64,000 nucleotides of DNA. It comes from Methanobrevibacter sp. Lineage in GTDB: Archaea > Methanobacteriota > Methanobacteria > Methanobacteriales > Methanobacteriaceae. The stretch spans positions 4,236 to 68,235 of the forward strand of contig NZ_JAZUMY010000072.1 in NCBI RefSeq assembly GCF_045603845.1. The letters run 5' to 3'. Shown here piece after piece: positions 37,528 to 47,821 of the stretch. Within the stretch, counting starts at the first letter, position 1. Each line of letters begins with the position of its first letter. The notes beneath the pieces are model-generated. The model saw only the letters and a list, made by a program, of their open reading frames with translations. It had not been told where the DNA came from and did no database searches. The translations under genes and the position numbers were made by a program.

Positions 37528-39286
37528 TTTCCTTTTGAATTGATTCCATGACCTGACTCATGGAATATGAAATAACCTTATCGTTATTATTCAAATTATC
37601 ATTAACTTTCCCGCCATTATCGATAATGTCAATCAGATTTTCTTTTAGGGAATCTGATATCTGATGTTTATCCAGGTAAGTCAATATAAAGTTGCATGTA
37701 TCTGTGATTTTTCTTTGCAAATCAAACAATTCTTCATTTTTATCTGTAACTTCAATATTTTCACCCACAATATTGCTTACAACTAATAAAGAGGTCTTTT
37801 TAGAAGAAATATTTCCAAGACATTTATCTCTAACCAAATAAACTGATTGTTTATTTAAGCCAAAACGCAATTTTAAATTGTTTTCAGTTTCCTTTTCAAC
37901 AGAATACGGTAGAAACCAGAAATTGATTGCAGTCACTACAACCACAGCAACTCCAACCCACAGTAGTTTCAATTCCATTGCCAAATCCGGTGTAATATAC
38001 ATTAATGAAGTCATGACTGACATTATGGTGGTAAATATTGTCATAATCAGTTTATCTTCAAGATAGTAGACCATACCAATCATACAGACAACCATTACAA
38101 TTAACATCACTGCATTCGGAGAAATTGAAAAATAAGGCAGTATTAAAATGAGTATTGCGAAAACAAATACGCCAAGCAGTGTGCCTCTGAGACGGGACTT
38201 TGCAGTATATGCCAAATCATCAACATATGGCATCATCAATGGAATGGTGGCGAAATATAACCATTTGGTGAAAGGAAGATTGAATACTAATGTTAAAACC
38301 TCCCATAATGTAAGTGTAATTGCCATTTTAAAAGCAAATGTGAATTTGACTGATCTGAATGAAAAATTTCTTTTAATTGAAGGTATGATTAACGGTTTAA
38401 TGAACTCCTTATCCGGAAGAACAGCTTCCTTGCTTAAATTGGCGTTATTGATTTCATCAATGATATTTTCAAAGTTAAGCAAAACAACATTCATCTCTTT
38501 GGTTTCGACTTCAAAATCCTTAAAAACGTCAAAAGATTTGGAATCATCGATATTTGACAATATCTTTTTGATATATTCCAGTTCGTTTCTGGTCAAATCG
38601 TAATCGGCAATGATTGAACCTATATATTGAAATGATTTAACGACATTCAAGACAGATTCCTGAATTGGAGATGAGAAATACTTATATTCAAATTGGGAAA
38701 AAATGCTTGAATAAAATCCGTTTGCTGTCTTGAAACTGTCTTTAGTTACTTCTTTTCCGGATAGCTTCAAATCAACAGCATTGTTTATTTCATCAGTTAA
38801 AGAATCAATTGTCTGTTTTGATAATTTATATTGCTTGTTGCGATTAGCTAAAAGGTTTATACCCACAATAAATACTGCTCCAAAAGCTAATGACAAGAGC
38901 CTTATCGGTAAATCGCTTAAGGAAACAGGTATTGACATCATCATAAAGTAACACATCAGATACGGCAAATAGACATCGGCGCTGAATAAGTGATATGAAG
39001 TCATTGTAGTTCCAAACACAACAACAAAAGTCAAAATACAACCAAAGATTGTTATAGGATTATTCAAATAAGCAACTATCCCCAATATTAAAAGAAGGCT
39101 TAAAACCTTAATGAAAGACAATTTGGGTTTGTAAGACAAATCATTGCGTATATTCATTAATCCCGCCATTGCAATCATGACGCCGATTACTGCATTACTG
39201 CTGCCGAAAACAATCATATAGAAAAACATGAAAAGCAATATGAATCCTATCATGATTATTTTCATTTTCATGGGCATTCTTTTCAT
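37508..39286 (-). CDS. FUSC-family (fusaric acid resistance-like) membrane protein
   Basis: Two TM blocks separated by a soluble domain; RLRGTLLGV signature. Confidence 0.75.
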   Translation of the reverse strand: MKRMPMKMKIIMIGFILLFMFFYMIVFGSSNAVIGVMIAMAGLMNIRNDLSYKPKLSFIKVLSLLLILGIVAYLNNPITIFGCILTFVVVFGTTMTSYHLFSADVYLPYLMCYFMMMSIPVSLSDLPIRLLSLAFGAVFIVGINLLANRNKQYKLSKQTIDSLTDEINNAVDLKLSGKEVTKDSFKTANGFYSSIFSQFEYKYFSSPIQESVLNVVKSFQYIGSIIADYDLTRNELEYIKKILSNIDDSKSFDVFKDFEVETKEMNVVLLNFENIIDEINNANLSKEAVLPDKEFIKPLIIPSIKRNFSFRSVKFTFAFKMAITLTLWEVLTLVFNLPFTKWLYFATIPLMMPYVDDLAYTAKSRLRGTLLGVFVFAILILILPYFSISPNAVMLIVMVVCMIGMVYYLEDKLIMTIFTTIMSVMTSLMYITPDLAMELKLLWVGVAVVVVTAINFWFLPYSVEKETENNLKLRFGLNKQSVYLVRDKCLGNISSKKTSLLVVSNIVGENIEVTDKNEELFDLQRKITDTCNFILTYLDKHQISDSLKENLIDIIDNGGKVNDNLNNNDKVISYSMSQVMESIQKENEMFRM

Positions 39287-39297
39287 GATTTAACCAC

Positions 39298-40440
39298 TTA
39301 ATTTAATAGATCCTGGGCATCCAACATTATATCAACGATTCTGACATTGAACGGACATCTCTCCTCACACTCACCGCAGGCAATACATTCAGTTGCATCA
39401 TAAGTCAAGTTATTATAGTGCTCCTGAACACTTTGGGGAACCTCATCATGAATAACCGCCAGATCATAAAGTTTAATTACCATAGCCACATCAATTCCGG
39501 ATGTACATGGAGCGCAGTGTCCGCAATACATGCATTTCCCTTCGAAGGAATGATTTGGAGCATTGGCCAGAATATCCCTATATTCCTTTTGGGATTCTGA
39601 AGCAGTTTCATATTCCAAGGCAGCATCCAATTCATCAACATTATTAATGCCTACGAAAATGCTTGCCACACCTTTTTGAGATAAAGCGTAATGAATACAT
39701 TGAATCGGAGTTAGGGCAACACCGAATGGAGAATCATTTTCATTGAATAAACGGCTGCTTGCATAACCTTTCATCACAGTGATTGGGATTTCATTATCCT
39801 CACATAACTGGTAAAGCTCAGCCCTTCTCGGGTCAAGTCCGGCCAAATCAGTGTATTTATCCTCATCTGAATAGTCTTCTATAACTTCAGTTGGAGGAAA
39901 CATATCATATGCAGGATTGATACTGAACATGATTAACTCAATTTCAGGATTTCTTGCAGCTAAAAGAGCAATATCCGTGTTGTGAGTACTTAATCCGATA
40001 TGTTTAATGGTTCCGTTTTCTTTCAGTTCACGTACATATTCAATGAATTCACCGTTCATAATGTGATTATAATCTTCCAACTCATCCACATAATGAACCA
40101 TACCAAAATCAAGTGTTTCGATTTGGAACCTTTCCATGAAATCCTCAAAAGCCTCTTTTACCTTATCCATTTCACGGGTTCTTACATACTGATTGTTCTG
40201 CCAGGTGGATCCGATATGTCCCTGAATAATCCATTTGTCTCGGGTGTCTTTGATTGCCTTACCTAGATTTGTCCTGACAGTGGGTTCACTCATCCAGCAG
40301 TCAAGAAAATTGATTCCATTAGCTTCACAATGCTTTACTATCTCTTCAACTTCATCGTATGGTCTTTGCACAAACCATTCCGCACCAAAAGCTATCTCAC
40401 TTGCTTTAAGTCCTGTTTTACCTAAATTTCTGTATTTCAT
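39298..40440 (-). CDS. Aldo/keto reductase with C-terminal 4Fe-4S domain
   Basis: MKYRNLGKTG, NFLDCW, GLSTH, VMKGYA; CMYCGHCAPC and CIACGECEERCP. Confidence 0.9.
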   Translation of the reverse strand: MKYRNLGKTGLKASEIAFGAEWFVQRPYDEVEEIVKHCEANGINFLDCWMSEPTVRTNLGKAIKDTRDKWIIQGHIGSTWQNNQYVRTREMDKVKEAFEDFMERFQIETLDFGMVHYVDELEDYNHIMNGEFIEYVRELKENGTIKHIGLSTHNTDIALLAARNPEIELIMFSINPAYDMFPPTEVIEDYSDEDKYTDLAGLDPRRAELYQLCEDNEIPITVMKGYASSRLFNENDSPFGVALTPIQCIHYALSQKGVASIFVGINNVDELDAALEYETASESQKEYRDILANAPNHSFEGKCMYCGHCAPCTSGIDVAMVIKLYDLAVIHDEVPQSVQEHYNNLTYDATECIACGECEERCPFNVRIVDIMLDAQDLLN

Positions 40441-40470
40441 TTAAATCCCCAATATAGTTAATATTATTTA

Positions 40471-41034
40471 TTGATTTCATCGATAATAATAATTATGAAT
40501 AGAAAAAGATGCGACTGGGTCGAAGGCAAAGAAGACATTTACATAAACTATCATGACGAAGAGTGGGGAATTCCAAAATACGATGATGACATATTATTTG
40601 AAATGCTGATTTTGGAATCATTTCAGGCAGGACTGTCATGGATTACTATCTTGAAAAAACGTGAATCATTTAGAGAAGCTTTCGATAATTTTAACCTGGA
40701 TAAAATCATTGATTATGATGATGCGAAAGTAAGTGAATTGATGGAAAATGAAAAGATTATTCGTAACAGAGGTAAAATTGAAGCAACCATAGCAAACGCC
40801 AAAGTATTTAAGGATATTCAAAAGGAATGCGGAAGTTTTTCAGACTATATTTGGGGTTTTACAGACGGTGAAATCATAAAAGCAGAATATAAAACAAAAT
40901 CAGAGTTGTCTGAAAAGATTTCAAAGGATCTAAAGAAAAAAGGTATGAAATATGTAGGTCCAACTACAATATATTCATACTTAGAATCCATCGGCATAAT
41001 TGACAATCATACCCCGGAATGTTTTATGTTTTAA
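40471..41034 (+). CDS. tag: DNA-3-methyladenine glycosylase I (likely start at MNRKRCDW)
   Basis: YHDEEWG, FEMLILESFQAGLSWITILKKR, IIRNRGKIEA, KYVGPTTIYSY, DNHTPEC. Confidence 0.93.
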   Translation: MISSIIIIMNRKRCDWVEGKEDIYINYHDEEWGIPKYDDDILFEMLILESFQAGLSWITILKKRESFREAFDNFNLDKIIDYDDAKVSELMENEKIIRNRGKIEATIANAKVFKDIQKECGSFSDYIWGFTDGEIIKAEYKTKSELSEKISKDLKKKGMKYVGPTTIYSYLESIGIIDNHTPECFMF

Positions 41035-42938
41035 TTATAATATAATACTACCATTTTTACATGTTGCTGGACGAAATATCCATTATAATATGTTTTTATT
41101 AAATGATACCTATTATCAACCTCAATGCCACCAACAGAAGCTATTCCATCAGCATTTGTTGTTCTTAGATAGTCTTTTCCATCAACATTGAATGTGACGC
41201 TCTGATTGGCATAAGGATTTCCATTACCGTCCAGAATTTTAACAGGATACTCTCTAAAAGAATCATATACAGAATATATGTATGCTTCAGGTGTTTCTTC
41301 CATCCAATCAATATATTCTCCTCTAGCATAGTTTTTAGGCATTAAAATTGTATTTAACACCTTAATCTGATTGGATACAACATATTCGTTATTGCTGGTT
41401 ACAATATCATAATATCCCGGAGACAGATTGATTCTTAATGTAGCAATGCCCTGAGAATTGGTTGTTCTAACATATTTTACTCCATTTATATCGAAAGTAA
41501 TCTGCTGATTAGCTACCGGATTATATGATTCATCAACCAACTTGGCTTCAAATTGAGATTCGTTCTTATAATATTTGACTAAATTCTGAGTGAACAGATA
41601 AGGAGTCACTTTAATGTTATTGCATACAACACAACCATCGTTGAGATTTTCAACTGTGATGATATAATCGCCAGGAATCAAATTAATATTTAATTTGGCT
41701 TTTCCATCAGAATCTGTAGTTCTATTGTACATAACACCATTTATATTCATCCGTAACTTTGCATTAGCCAATGGGGTTCCATTACCACTGATAATATGAA
41801 CAATGAATTGTGAATCATTCTTATAAATTTTTACCAGATCATTGGATAAAATAGAAGGTAAAACAGTTACATTATTGCTTACCTTAAATCCGCCATCAGA
41901 ATTTTCTGAAGTTATGATGTAATCCCCAGGGTGGAGATTGATGTTCAATTTAGCTATGCCGCTGACATTTGTCGTGCGGTTGTAGAAAACACCATTAATA
42001 TTGAACTGAACAGTTTTGTTAACTAAAAGATTGGCTTCACTATCAAAAGCTTTAACCAAAAACTGTGAATCGTTTTTATAAATTTTAACCAAATCATTTG
42101 TTTCCAATGTTGGTAAAATACTTATCGTTGTATTGTTTGAACATCCCGCAATAGTTGCTGACCCATCGAAAACCATTTCCATAAGATATGTGCCGACATT
42201 CAATTTGACAGGCAAAGTAGCCTGACCATTGGAGTCTGTATGTCTGGTATAAACCTGTTTATTTATTCTGAATTTAACAGATTTATCTTTTAAAGGTCTG
42301 TTTAAATCATCAAGAAGAGTAATTGTGAAATTTGTTCCATTATTATTATAATAAACTGTTAAATTTTCCTTTTGAGGTAGAATCTTCGTGTTGAATGAAG
42401 GTATCTTGAATATTATATCTTTATAAGTTCCATTTGCAAATGTTTCATCACCACTATAATAGAAATCAATGGAGTACCTGCCTTTTTCCAAATTATTAAA
42501 GTCATAGCTTAAATATCCATTGGTAAGATTAAATTTTTGATTATCCAAAAATGAAAATACGATAAAACCTGTAGCGTTAGGATTTGAATTTAACAATAAT
42601 GTTGCATTCCCATCACCTGTCCTGTTTATTATGACTATTTTGAAATCTGGATTAGCTTTATCGGGAGCCAAATTGGCAGTTGAATTAATAGATATAGGGT
42701 CGGATAAATTTTCTTCATCCACATTTTTTATTCCATAGTAAAAAACATCAATATTATATCCAACTACCACATGATATGAACTTTCATCTTCAGAGGTATA
42801 AACCGGAGACAATTCCCTGAATTGCAAATCACCATAAATATTATCATTGATTTCGCTTACATTCTCATTAGCCGAAACTTGAGAAATCATGAAAAATGAC
42901 AATAATAGAATTAAAATAATATATTTTTTAGATATCAT
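41031..42938 (-). CDS. Adhesin-like protein with Ig-like repeats
   Basis: Signal peptide (VSA-NE); repeats of ...NDLVKIYKNDSQF...NINGV.YNRTT...G.A.LNINL.PG.Y.I. Confidence 0.9.
   Translation of the reverse strand: MISKKYIILILLLSFFMISQVSANENVSEINDNIYGDLQFRELSPVYTSEDESSYHVVVGYNIDVFYYGIKNVDEENLSDPISINSTANLAPDKANPDFKIVIINRTGDGNATLLLNSNPNATGFIVFSFLDNQKFNLTNGYLSYDFNNLEKGRYSIDFYYSGDETFANGTYKDIIFKIPSFNTKILPQKENLTVYYNNNGTNFTITLLDDLNRPLKDKSVKFRINKQVYTRHTDSNGQATLPVKLNVGTYLMEMVFDGSATIAGCSNNTTISILPTLETNDLVKIYKNDSQFLVKAFDSEANLLVNKTVQFNINGVFYNRTTNVSGIAKLNINLHPGDYIITSENSDGGFKVSNNVTVLPSILSNDLVKIYKNDSQFIVHIISGNGTPLANAKLRMNINGVMYNRTTDSDGKAKLNINLIPGDYIITVENLNDGCVVCNNIKVTPYLFTQNLVKYYKNESQFEAKLVDESYNPVANQQITFDINGVKYVRTTNSQGIATLRINLSPGYYDIVTSNNEYVVSNQIKVLNTILMPKNYARGEYIDWMEETPEAYIYSVYDSFREYPVKILDGNGNPYANQSVTFNVDGKDYLRTTNADGIASVGGIEVDNRYHLIKTYYNGYFVQQHVKMVVLYYN
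41340..42372 (-). repeat. About four Ig-like repeats of about 85 aa (255 nt period) in the adhesin, plus a degenerate fifth near the C-terminus
   Basis: KENLTVYY / TNDLVKIYK / SNDLVKIYK / TQNLVKYYK unit starts; boundaries approximate. Confidence 0.75.
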
Positions 42939-43025
42939 GTAAGATAATTTTAACTTAATGTTATATAAATGTTACTATGAAAAAGGTTAATAAGTCAAAA
43001 ATTAAGAATATAACATGGTGATAAA

Positions 43026-43439
43026 ATGTCCGATATTAAAAAAGTAAGTGATTTTTTAACTGATGCAGGAGTATTTTTCCTTGCAAGCGTAGACGGTGAC
43101 CAGGCAAAATGCAGACCATTAGGTTTCCAGATGCTTGTTGACGACAAAATATACTTTGGCGTAGGCAGCTTTAAGGAAGTATGGAAACAAATTGAAGCCA
43201 ACCCAAAAATAGAAATTGTTGCACTTAACGATGCAAAAGACAAATTCATAAGGTATTACGGTACCGCAAAAGCAGACCCTAACCCAGAACTTGTTGAAAA
43301 GGCCTTTGAAATAATGCCGGAAATAGGTAAAGTTTATGAAGAAAACGGTTGGGAAATGGCAATATTCTATTTAGATGACGCTACAGCCGAATTCAGAAAC
43401 ATGATGGCTGTTGAAGAAACTTTAAAATTTAAATATTAA
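43026..43439 (+). CDS. Pyridoxamine 5'-phosphate oxidase-like FMN-binding protein
   Basis: FFLASVDGDQAKCRP, KEVWKQIEANPKIEI. Confidence 0.8.
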   Translation: MSDIKKVSDFLTDAGVFFLASVDGDQAKCRPLGFQMLVDDKIYFGVGSFKEVWKQIEANPKIEIVALNDAKDKFIRYYGTAKADPNPELVEKAFEIMPEIGKVYEENGWEMAIFYLDDATAEFRNMMAVEETLKFKY

Positions 43440-43450
43440 TGCTTTACGCA

Positions 43451-44137
43451 TTAATATTCATTTATTATCGCCAATGCATTCAGTGTTCTTGGAAAACCGA
43501 TATACGGCAGAAGAATAGTCAATGCATCAATCAATACCTCTTTACTATTACCAACATTCAAGTTACCGAATACATGACCTCTGAGCTGATTTTCACAACC
43601 GCCCAGTGTAGCAAGTACGCAGAATGTAATTAACTCACGGTCCTGGTCGGATAATGCGTCTCTCGTGTAAAAATCACCAAAACAGTATCCTGCCAGAAAG
43701 TCATTGAATCTTTCCTGACCTTCAGGAGCATTATCAATCATAGACTGGATTGCATCTGAACCGAAATATCTTTTTTGAATTTCCAAACCTTTTTCATGTC
43801 TATTTTCTTTATTGACTGTTGATATGCTTTCTAAAGGAAGTTCAACACCATTTTTAGCCAAAACGTCATTTGTTACTTCAAAGAGTTCAAAAGTTTTTCC
43901 AAGACCAACATATGCAACTGACTGATACAATACTTCTTTTATTTCAATCGGACTTAATACTTCCAAAGCGTCACGAACAGCTATTGCATATTTTTCCTTA
44001 GACGTATTTGTTATTAAAGTGGCTAAAGTTACTATAAATCTACTTCTTTTTGATATTGAGACATATTCCAATATTTCCCTGTTATTAAAGCTATTGAATA
44101 TCTCAAAAAAATCAGGATCATTTTTCTTTAACTTCAA
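43451..44137 (-). CDS. Carboxymuconolactone decarboxylase family protein (tandem CMD)
   Basis: EIKEVLYQSVAYVG, FGDFYTRDALS..DRELIT, QLRGHV.GNL, PYIGFPR; TTG start. Confidence 0.88.
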   Translation of the reverse strand: MKLKKNDPDFFEIFNSFNNREILEYVSISKRSRFIVTLATLITNTSKEKYAIAVRDALEVLSPIEIKEVLYQSVAYVGLGKTFELFEVTNDVLAKNGVELPLESISTVNKENRHEKGLEIQKRYFGSDAIQSMIDNAPEGQERFNDFLAGYCFGDFYTRDALSDQDRELITFCVLATLGGCENQLRGHVFGNLNVGNSKEVLIDALTILLPYIGFPRTLNALAIINEY

Positions 44138-44260
44138 AATTATTCCCCCTAAAATTAATTATAATTATATCAAATCCAAATATTATATTTTTAGAAAAAA
44201 AGTAGAAAAATGGCGAAAAAGAAAAAATTAATTTTCTTTTTCATTGATGATAAAATAAGT

Positions 44261-44476
44261 TTATTCTTCAGTGTCTTCTTTTTTGTTGAAGCCTAAAATA
44301 TCTCCAACCATGAAAGCACCTACAAAAAGGCCTTTCATACCTTCATAAGCAAGGGATTCTATAGCGTTTAGCTTCCAAGTCTGTTTTTCTTTAACCAGAA
44401 TTTCATTGTCCTCAATGATTGCAGTTTCTTCAATGTCAATTTCTTTTTTCTTAGCCATAATAACATCTCCTATCAA
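44261..44476 (-). CDS. Hypothetical protein (likely start at MAKKK, 44458)
   Basis: ORF with GGAGATG SD before the second ATG. Confidence 0.55.
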   Translation of the reverse strand: MIGDVIMAKKKEIDIEETAIIEDNEILVKEKQTWKLNAIESLAYEGMKGLFVGAFMVGDILGFNKKEDTEE

Positions 44477-44608
44477 AAAACTTTATTTGTTAAATATAGA
44501 TTATAACAAAAGTAATATTTAAAATTAACTATAAATTATTTAGTTTTGCCAAAAATAATGATAAAAATTTAGTTATATCTAAAAAAAAGTTTTTATAAAC
44601 CTAAAAAT

Positions 44609-45781
44609 TTAATTTTTTAATGCATAAATGCAAATAGGCAATGCCAGAATTGTTATGAATGAAGCTACAAAATACAACGGAGCATAACCTGCACTGGAAG
44701 ATACGAAAAATCCAAGCAATGCCGGTCCAAATCCCATTGTTGCATCACAAAAAATGAAAAATGTGGATAATGAGTAGGAACGACGATTTTTACTTGAGTT
44801 TCTTGTAACAATTGCTGTACATGCTGAGTTCAGTGTTCCGAATCCCAAAGCAAGACAGATTGCACAGATAAAAACAGTAATATCTGAAGGAATCATGGCT
44901 ATTAAAAACAAACCGATACTTTGAGCGACAATTCCCGTTACACAAATTATCATGTCGCCATAATTGTCCTGAATTCTACCGGCCAAAGGCCTGGAAATAA
45001 CAAGACATATTGAATATACTATAAAAAACCATGAAAATGCTTCAACCAAGCCAACATCAACCGCATAAAGGCGATAAAATGACAAAACAGACACATAACC
45101 TAATGCAGTTAATGCAGTAAACAAAGAAACTGGAATAGCTTTGAATTCAAAGATTTTTTCCAAAATACCGTAGCTTTCCTTTTCTAAAACATTTGCATTT
45201 TTTGGCTGATAACTATCAACATCAATGAAAAATAGACTGGTTAATGCAATTCCACTGAAAACGGCCGCCGCCAAAAAACATCCTGATGAACCGGCATTAT
45301 CGTAAAGAAATCCTCCTATGAAAGGACCCAGACCTACAGCTATTGTAGTTCCCAGCATGAAATAACCAAATGCTTCTCCAAAGCGCTTTTGAGGAAGTAT
45401 CACACTGGCAATCGTGACTATTGCATTGGCTGACGCACCAAAACCGATACCATGGATGAATCTGACAAGAATAAGCAGATAGACATTATCCACAAAAAAG
45501 TACAAAAAGCATGAAATGAAATGAATTGTCATGAAGATTAATGCTATCCTTTTCCAGCTGTTTTTTTCAAGGGCATTGCCTGAATAGATTCTTGATATCA
45601 GTCCGCCGAAAATATAAACTCCTGACACTAGCCCTGCAATCATGGCTGTAGAACCCATTGATGTTGCATATTCAGTAACTGTAGACATTAACGCATACAT
45701 TACAAGAGCTGTGAAAAGCAATGCTAGAAAGATTAAAAAAAATGCTTTTGTAAAAATCTTTTCATCGTGATTAACATTCAT
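44609..45781 (-). CDS. MFS transporter
   Basis: 12 TM helices; RFIHGIGFG, RFGEAFGY, GPFIGG, SRPLAGRIQD. Confidence 0.9.
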   Translation of the reverse strand: MNVNHDEKIFTKAFFLIFLALLFTALVMYALMSTVTEYATSMGSTAMIAGLVSGVYIFGGLISRIYSGNALEKNSWKRIALIFMTIHFISCFLYFFVDNVYLLILVRFIHGIGFGASANAIVTIASVILPQKRFGEAFGYFMLGTTIAVGLGPFIGGFLYDNAGSSGCFLAAAVFSGIALTSLFFIDVDSYQPKNANVLEKESYGILEKIFEFKAIPVSLFTALTALGYVSVLSFYRLYAVDVGLVEAFSWFFIVYSICLVISRPLAGRIQDNYGDMIICVTGIVAQSIGLFLIAMIPSDITVFICAICLALGFGTLNSACTAIVTRNSSKNRRSYSLSTFFIFCDATMGFGPALLGFFVSSSAGYAPLYFVASFITILALPICIYALKN

Positions 45782-45845
45782 TAAATATACTATTTAAAGA
45801 ATTGATATTAATATTTTATTAAAAAATAGAAAATGAATAAAGGAT

Positions 45846-45959
45846 TTAATCTCCTTTATTCCAGTTTACGATACCATAAACAATACATAGGAGCGTAGAT
45901 AAGATAATTCCAACATATACTCCCCAAATCCAAGGGTCTTCAATTCCTAAAATTACCAT
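45846..45959 (-). CDS. Small symporter accessory membrane peptide, 37 aa (not in ORF track)
   Basis: MVILGIEDPWIWGVYVGIILSTLLCIVYGIVNWNKGD*; ATG overlaps the SSS stop (TAATG); single TM helix. Confidence 0.8.
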   Translation of the reverse strand: MVILGIEDPWIWGVYVGIILSTLLCIVYGIVNWNKGD

Positions 45960-47566
45960 TATGCATCACCCATATTATCAATGTTTTTGAATGCTTCATC
46001 AATTACCTCAGAAGCAGGAGGTTTGGTAAGTAAACTTACAACAACAGTGAATATTGCTGAAATCGGAACAGCTATCAGCATTACATCAATGAACGGCCAT
46101 GGTGCGGCAGGCAATATTGTTTCCATACCCAATAACGCCATACAGATTCCGAGACCTTTTGCGGTTTTTGCAAATACGAAAATCAACCAGAACAAACTTA
46201 CAAAGGTTCCGGATAAAATACCTGCAATAGCCCCAAGTCTTGTAATTCCTTTCCAGTACAAGGCACCTAAAAATACAGGCAGGAATGCTGCTGCACAGAT
46301 TTCAAAGAACAGGCTTGTTCCTAAAGCAACTACACTTCCAGGAAGTGAGAAAGCCATAATCAATGCCAATATAATAGCTATCAATATACCGATTCTTGAA
46401 ATGGTAACCTGGTCCAATTTCTGTTTAGCCTTATCCCTTATTGTACCGTAAATGTCCACACCGAATGCTGTACCCTGAGTATGAAGCTGTGAAGATATCG
46501 TTGACATTGCAGCTGCAATCAGGGATAACAGGAAGATGTAAACAAACCATTCAGGCAATGCCATTGTGATAAACGTTGGAATGATTTTATCGATGTTTCC
46601 CCCAACGACATCAACTGCAATCTGACCTAACTTGTCATAGAAATAGACATTGGACAATGAACCTACAATGTAAGCAGTTGTTGGCATGATTGCAATGAAA
46701 ATACCGCCAATCAGGACAGATCTGTTTAATTCCTTATCTGATTTTACAGTCATGAACCTTACAATCAATGAAGGTTGGGCAAGTACACCTATACCTACAC
46801 CAATAAGGGTAGATGACACTAAGGACCACCAGAATGGTGTTCCAAACGTCGGGAAGCTCGTCCACCCCGTACCCCCCGTTGCCGTGGCTTCGGCAGGATA
46901 CAAGTTCACCATTCCTGAAAGTGCAGTGTTTGCAGTGTCGACTCCGCCAAGCAACCAATATACAAATACAAGCAGGAACACCATTGCAATAACCATGATT
47001 GTTCCTTGCAATGCATCTGTATACATTACACCACGGATACCACCAAATAATACATAGAATGTAATAATAATGGATAAAATAAGCAATGCAATACTGAAAT
47101 CAATTAAAAGTGAAGATTCTAAAAATCTTGCAGCACCAATCAATACAACAGCTGCATAAAGAGGCATTGCACAGAAAATAATTAATCCTGAAGCATAGTG
47201 AATAAATTTGGAATCAAAACGTTTACCTAAGAACTCAGGAAACGTTAAAGAGCCTAAAGCATGCCCCATTCTACGAGTTCTTTTTCCTAAAAATACAAAT
47301 GCAACGAATATACCTATAATAATATTTAAAAAGGCTAACCATAAAACACTCATACCATACTGACCAGCAACTCCACCGAAACCTACAATAGCTGCCGTCG
47401 AAATAAAAGTAGCACCATAACTCATTGCCATAATAAATGGATGTGTGTCTTTACCAGCTATCATAAAGTCTTCAGAGGAATTGGTTTTTTTGTATGCATA
47501 ATAACCTACAAGAACTAATGCGAAAATGTAGATTATAAATACAATAGTTAAAATCATAACATCCAT
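45959..47566 (-). CDS. Sodium:solute symporter (SSS family)
   Basis: SSEDFMIAG, ATFISTAAIVGFGG, GGIRGVMYTDALQG, AAAMSTISSQL. Confidence 0.93.
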   Translation of the reverse strand: MDVMILTIVFIIYIFALVLVGYYAYKKTNSSEDFMIAGKDTHPFIMAMSYGATFISTAAIVGFGGVAGQYGMSVLWLAFLNIIIGIFVAFVFLGKRTRRMGHALGSLTFPEFLGKRFDSKFIHYASGLIIFCAMPLYAAVVLIGAARFLESSLLIDFSIALLILSIIITFYVLFGGIRGVMYTDALQGTIMVIAMVFLLVFVYWLLGGVDTANTALSGMVNLYPAEATATGGTGWTSFPTFGTPFWWSLVSSTLIGVGIGVLAQPSLIVRFMTVKSDKELNRSVLIGGIFIAIMPTTAYIVGSLSNVYFYDKLGQIAVDVVGGNIDKIIPTFITMALPEWFVYIFLLSLIAAAMSTISSQLHTQGTAFGVDIYGTIRDKAKQKLDQVTISRIGILIAIILALIMAFSLPGSVVALGTSLFFEICAAAFLPVFLGALYWKGITRLGAIAGILSGTFVSLFWLIFVFAKTAKGLGICMALLGMETILPAAPWPFIDVMLIAVPISAIFTVVVSLLTKPPASEVIDEAFKNIDNMGDA

Positions 47567-47641
47567 AAATAAACCTCATAATAAAATTTACATTAGCAAT
47601 CTATTATATATAATCCAATTTATTTAAAGATTATCATTAAA

Positions 47642-47667
47642 AATACATTAATGTACATTAATGTACA
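47642..47667. promoter_or_regulatory. TrpY-type TRP boxes, SSS-proximal
   Basis: AATACA-ttaa-TGTACA-ttaa-TGTACA; includes the perfect 16-bp palindrome TGTACATTAATGTACA (47652-47667). Confidence 0.7.
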
Positions 47668-47731
47668 ACTACACAATTATTAAAAAAGATGAAAAATAAT
47701 ATAATCAGAATTTAAAAGATTGACACTGTAT

Positions 47732-47747
47732 TGTACACATTTGGACA
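47732..47747. promoter_or_regulatory. TrpY-type TRP boxes, paaK-proximal
   Basis: TGTACA-catt-TGGACA immediately upstream of the BRE/TATA-like AAAAAAGCTTTATATT. Confidence 0.6.
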
Positions 47748-47821
47748 ATGAAAAAAGCTTTATATTATATAAAAAACGAAAATATAACACGTATTAAAAA
47801 AATTTTAAAATAGGGATAAAT

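Noticed and set aside
45981-46451. Antisense ORFs within the SSS, FUSC (38148..38603) and MFS (60963..61553) genes
   Set aside because: Typical open shadows opposite hydrophobic, T-rich coding sequence; no SD or motifs
47642-47747. CRISPR array or TyrR box interpretation of the 10-bp periodic repeats
   Set aside because: Repeats are 6-bp boxes with 4-bp spacers, far too short for CRISPR; TyrR (TGTAAA-N6-TTTACA) is bacterial and does not match the spacing
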